The position numbers were made by a program, and so were the translations under genes. The notes beneath the pieces were generated by a model, which saw only the letters and a list, made by a program, of their open reading frames with translations, did not search any database and was not told the origin of the DNA. From a virus (lineage: Duplodnaviria; Caudoviricetes), in the IMG/VR virus record IMGVR_UViG_3300008219_000008, positions 1 to 58,183 of that record: a DNA stretch of 58,183 nucleotides; one strand, given 5' to 3'. This document shows, in pieces, positions 57,229 to 58,183 of the stretch. How positions within the stretch are numbered: position 1 is the first letter of the stretch; every line of letters starts with the position of its first letter.

Positions 57229-57717
57229 ATTGTTACCTCTTCGATTGCGGTCGATTCACAGTGTCGAAGTTAACCAATACAGGACCCCGTTAAGATAGAT
57301 GCCGAAGCAAATGCTGACCGACTTGGGCTCAGAGGATAGGTAACACTATATTAAATTGTGCGTTAGAGATGCCAAGATTATCTCATTAAAGCCCGTCTAG
57401 CCGTGGCTCCGCACATTAAATTGTCGGGGAGTAGTAGCGTGAATATGTTTCCTTGTACACCTCATCACTTCGGTAGCTGCTTCATATGCCTACTACTCCC
57501 CGTAGATTGTGACACCCCTTTGTGGGTTAATAAGATTCTCGGACTTTGACTAGATAATCCTACCGTCTTAATGGGTGTCGTAGATTGTAGATGGGTTACG
57601 CCCATCACTCGGGTGTCTCGTCTGACTAAAAGTCAACGCCACCACACGTATGCTAGTATATCGGCACAGTAAATGCTGTTGTTCTTATGAGTAACCATAC
57701 GACACTGTGTCATCCGC
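57229..57717 (-). ncRNA. Array of stem-closed structured RNA modules punctuated by ACAAT(T/C)TA
   Basis: Closing stems 57231-57238/57338-57345, 57357-57362/57410-57415, 57425-57437/57490-57502, 57511-57517/57573-57579 and 57590-57595/57601-57606. Linkers ATTAAATTGT x2 and CGTAGATTGT x2. No minus-strand ORF of 60 aa or more. Confidence 0.65.
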
Positions 57718-58182
57718 TTATACTAAGGTCAGTGCCTTTCGCATCACACGAGTAGAGTCTCGGCTCGCATCACCAATAAGTTTATTAGCAATGGTAGCTT
57801 CGATTGTTCTACGCTTCTTGTGTTGCAGCCAGTTGGTTACTGCGTTAGCAGCAAGCCATGCACTGTCTCCTCTAAATTCTCTTACCTCTTTATCAAAGGT
57901 TTCAGTAAAGCCTTGCATAGTAGTCATGGCTTTCTTTCTAGAGTTATGTTCCTCTTGTGTGTAAGATGAACGTGCCGTAGGTACAGTACCTTCGAACATT
58001 TCATAACATTCCATCCAGAAAGTTTGAATCTCTTGTGCATTCCATCGCTTTCTGCCCAACTGTTGAACAGCACCACGGAATGCAGTCTTGTGATTCTTCC
58101 ACTCTTCTAGTGCATCCTTAAGACTAAGGATCTTAGCATCGATATCACCTGTATGCTTCAGTTTAATCATACGTTGTGAGCC
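57718..58182 (-). CDS. DUF932/DUF945-like early protein, C-terminal part (5'-truncated)
   Basis: Frame is open to the right edge; IKLKHTG and SAWLAANAVTNWLQH motifs. Confidence 0.75.
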   Translation of the reverse strand, partial: GSQRMIKLKHTGDIDAKILSLKDALEEWKNHKTAFRGAVQQLGRKRWNAQEIQTFWMECYEMFEGTVPTARSSYTQEEHNSRKKAMTTMQGFTETFDKEVREFRGDSAWLAANAVTNWLQHKKRRTIEATIANKLIGDASRDSTRVMRKALTLV

Positions 58183-58183
58183 T

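Noticed and set aside
57336-57352. Plus-strand ATAGGTAACACTATATT resembles the SP6 promoter core (TAGGTGACACTATAG)
   Set aside because: It points against all genes, lacks G at +1, forms one arm of an RNA stem, and only a partial second copy (TAACACTAT near 54404-54412, overlapping an RBS and start) was found.
57440-57490. Hammerhead-like GUGAUGAG...GAAAC inside array module 3
   Set aside because: C3 is replaced by G, stem II does not pair, and there is no NUH cleavage triplet.
57229-57606. CRISPR array or tRNA cluster interpretation of the punctuated array
   Set aside because: Repeats are only 5-10 nt, the intervals vary widely and are self-complementary, there are no cas genes, and there is no TTCRA T-loop, cloverleaf or CCA.

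Overview
Nearly the whole genome of a large T7-like podovirus (Autographiviridae-type), probably from an environmental or marine source. Every credible gene is on the minus strand. Read from right to left: a truncated DUF932-like early gene; a 500-nt structured non-coding array; a consensus sigma70 promoter; T7-type RNA polymerase; a replication and nucleotide module (metallophosphoesterase, SSB, RusA, primase-helicase, sulfotransferase-like protein, PolA, permuted NlpC/P60 enzyme, dNMP kinase, 5'-3' exonuclease, class II RNR); portal, scaffold, capsid, tail tubes, tail spike and terminase; then very large internal virion proteins (1787 aa and 5182 aa). After a G/C-tract junction at about 2810-2911, which is the probable genome end, come early genes that run off the left edge, so the contig looks circularly permuted with part of the early region missing. 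Main findings: (1) the 5182-aa virion protein carries motifs of a second single-subunit RNA polymerase with N4 vRNAP-like spacing, plus two ART-like domains and a zincin motif; (2) a complete type II hammerhead ribozyme with a pseudoknot lies between two early genes; (3) stem-closed RNA modules punctuated by an ACAAT motif lie upstream of the RNAP operon. All calls come from reading motifs by eye; no searches were run.
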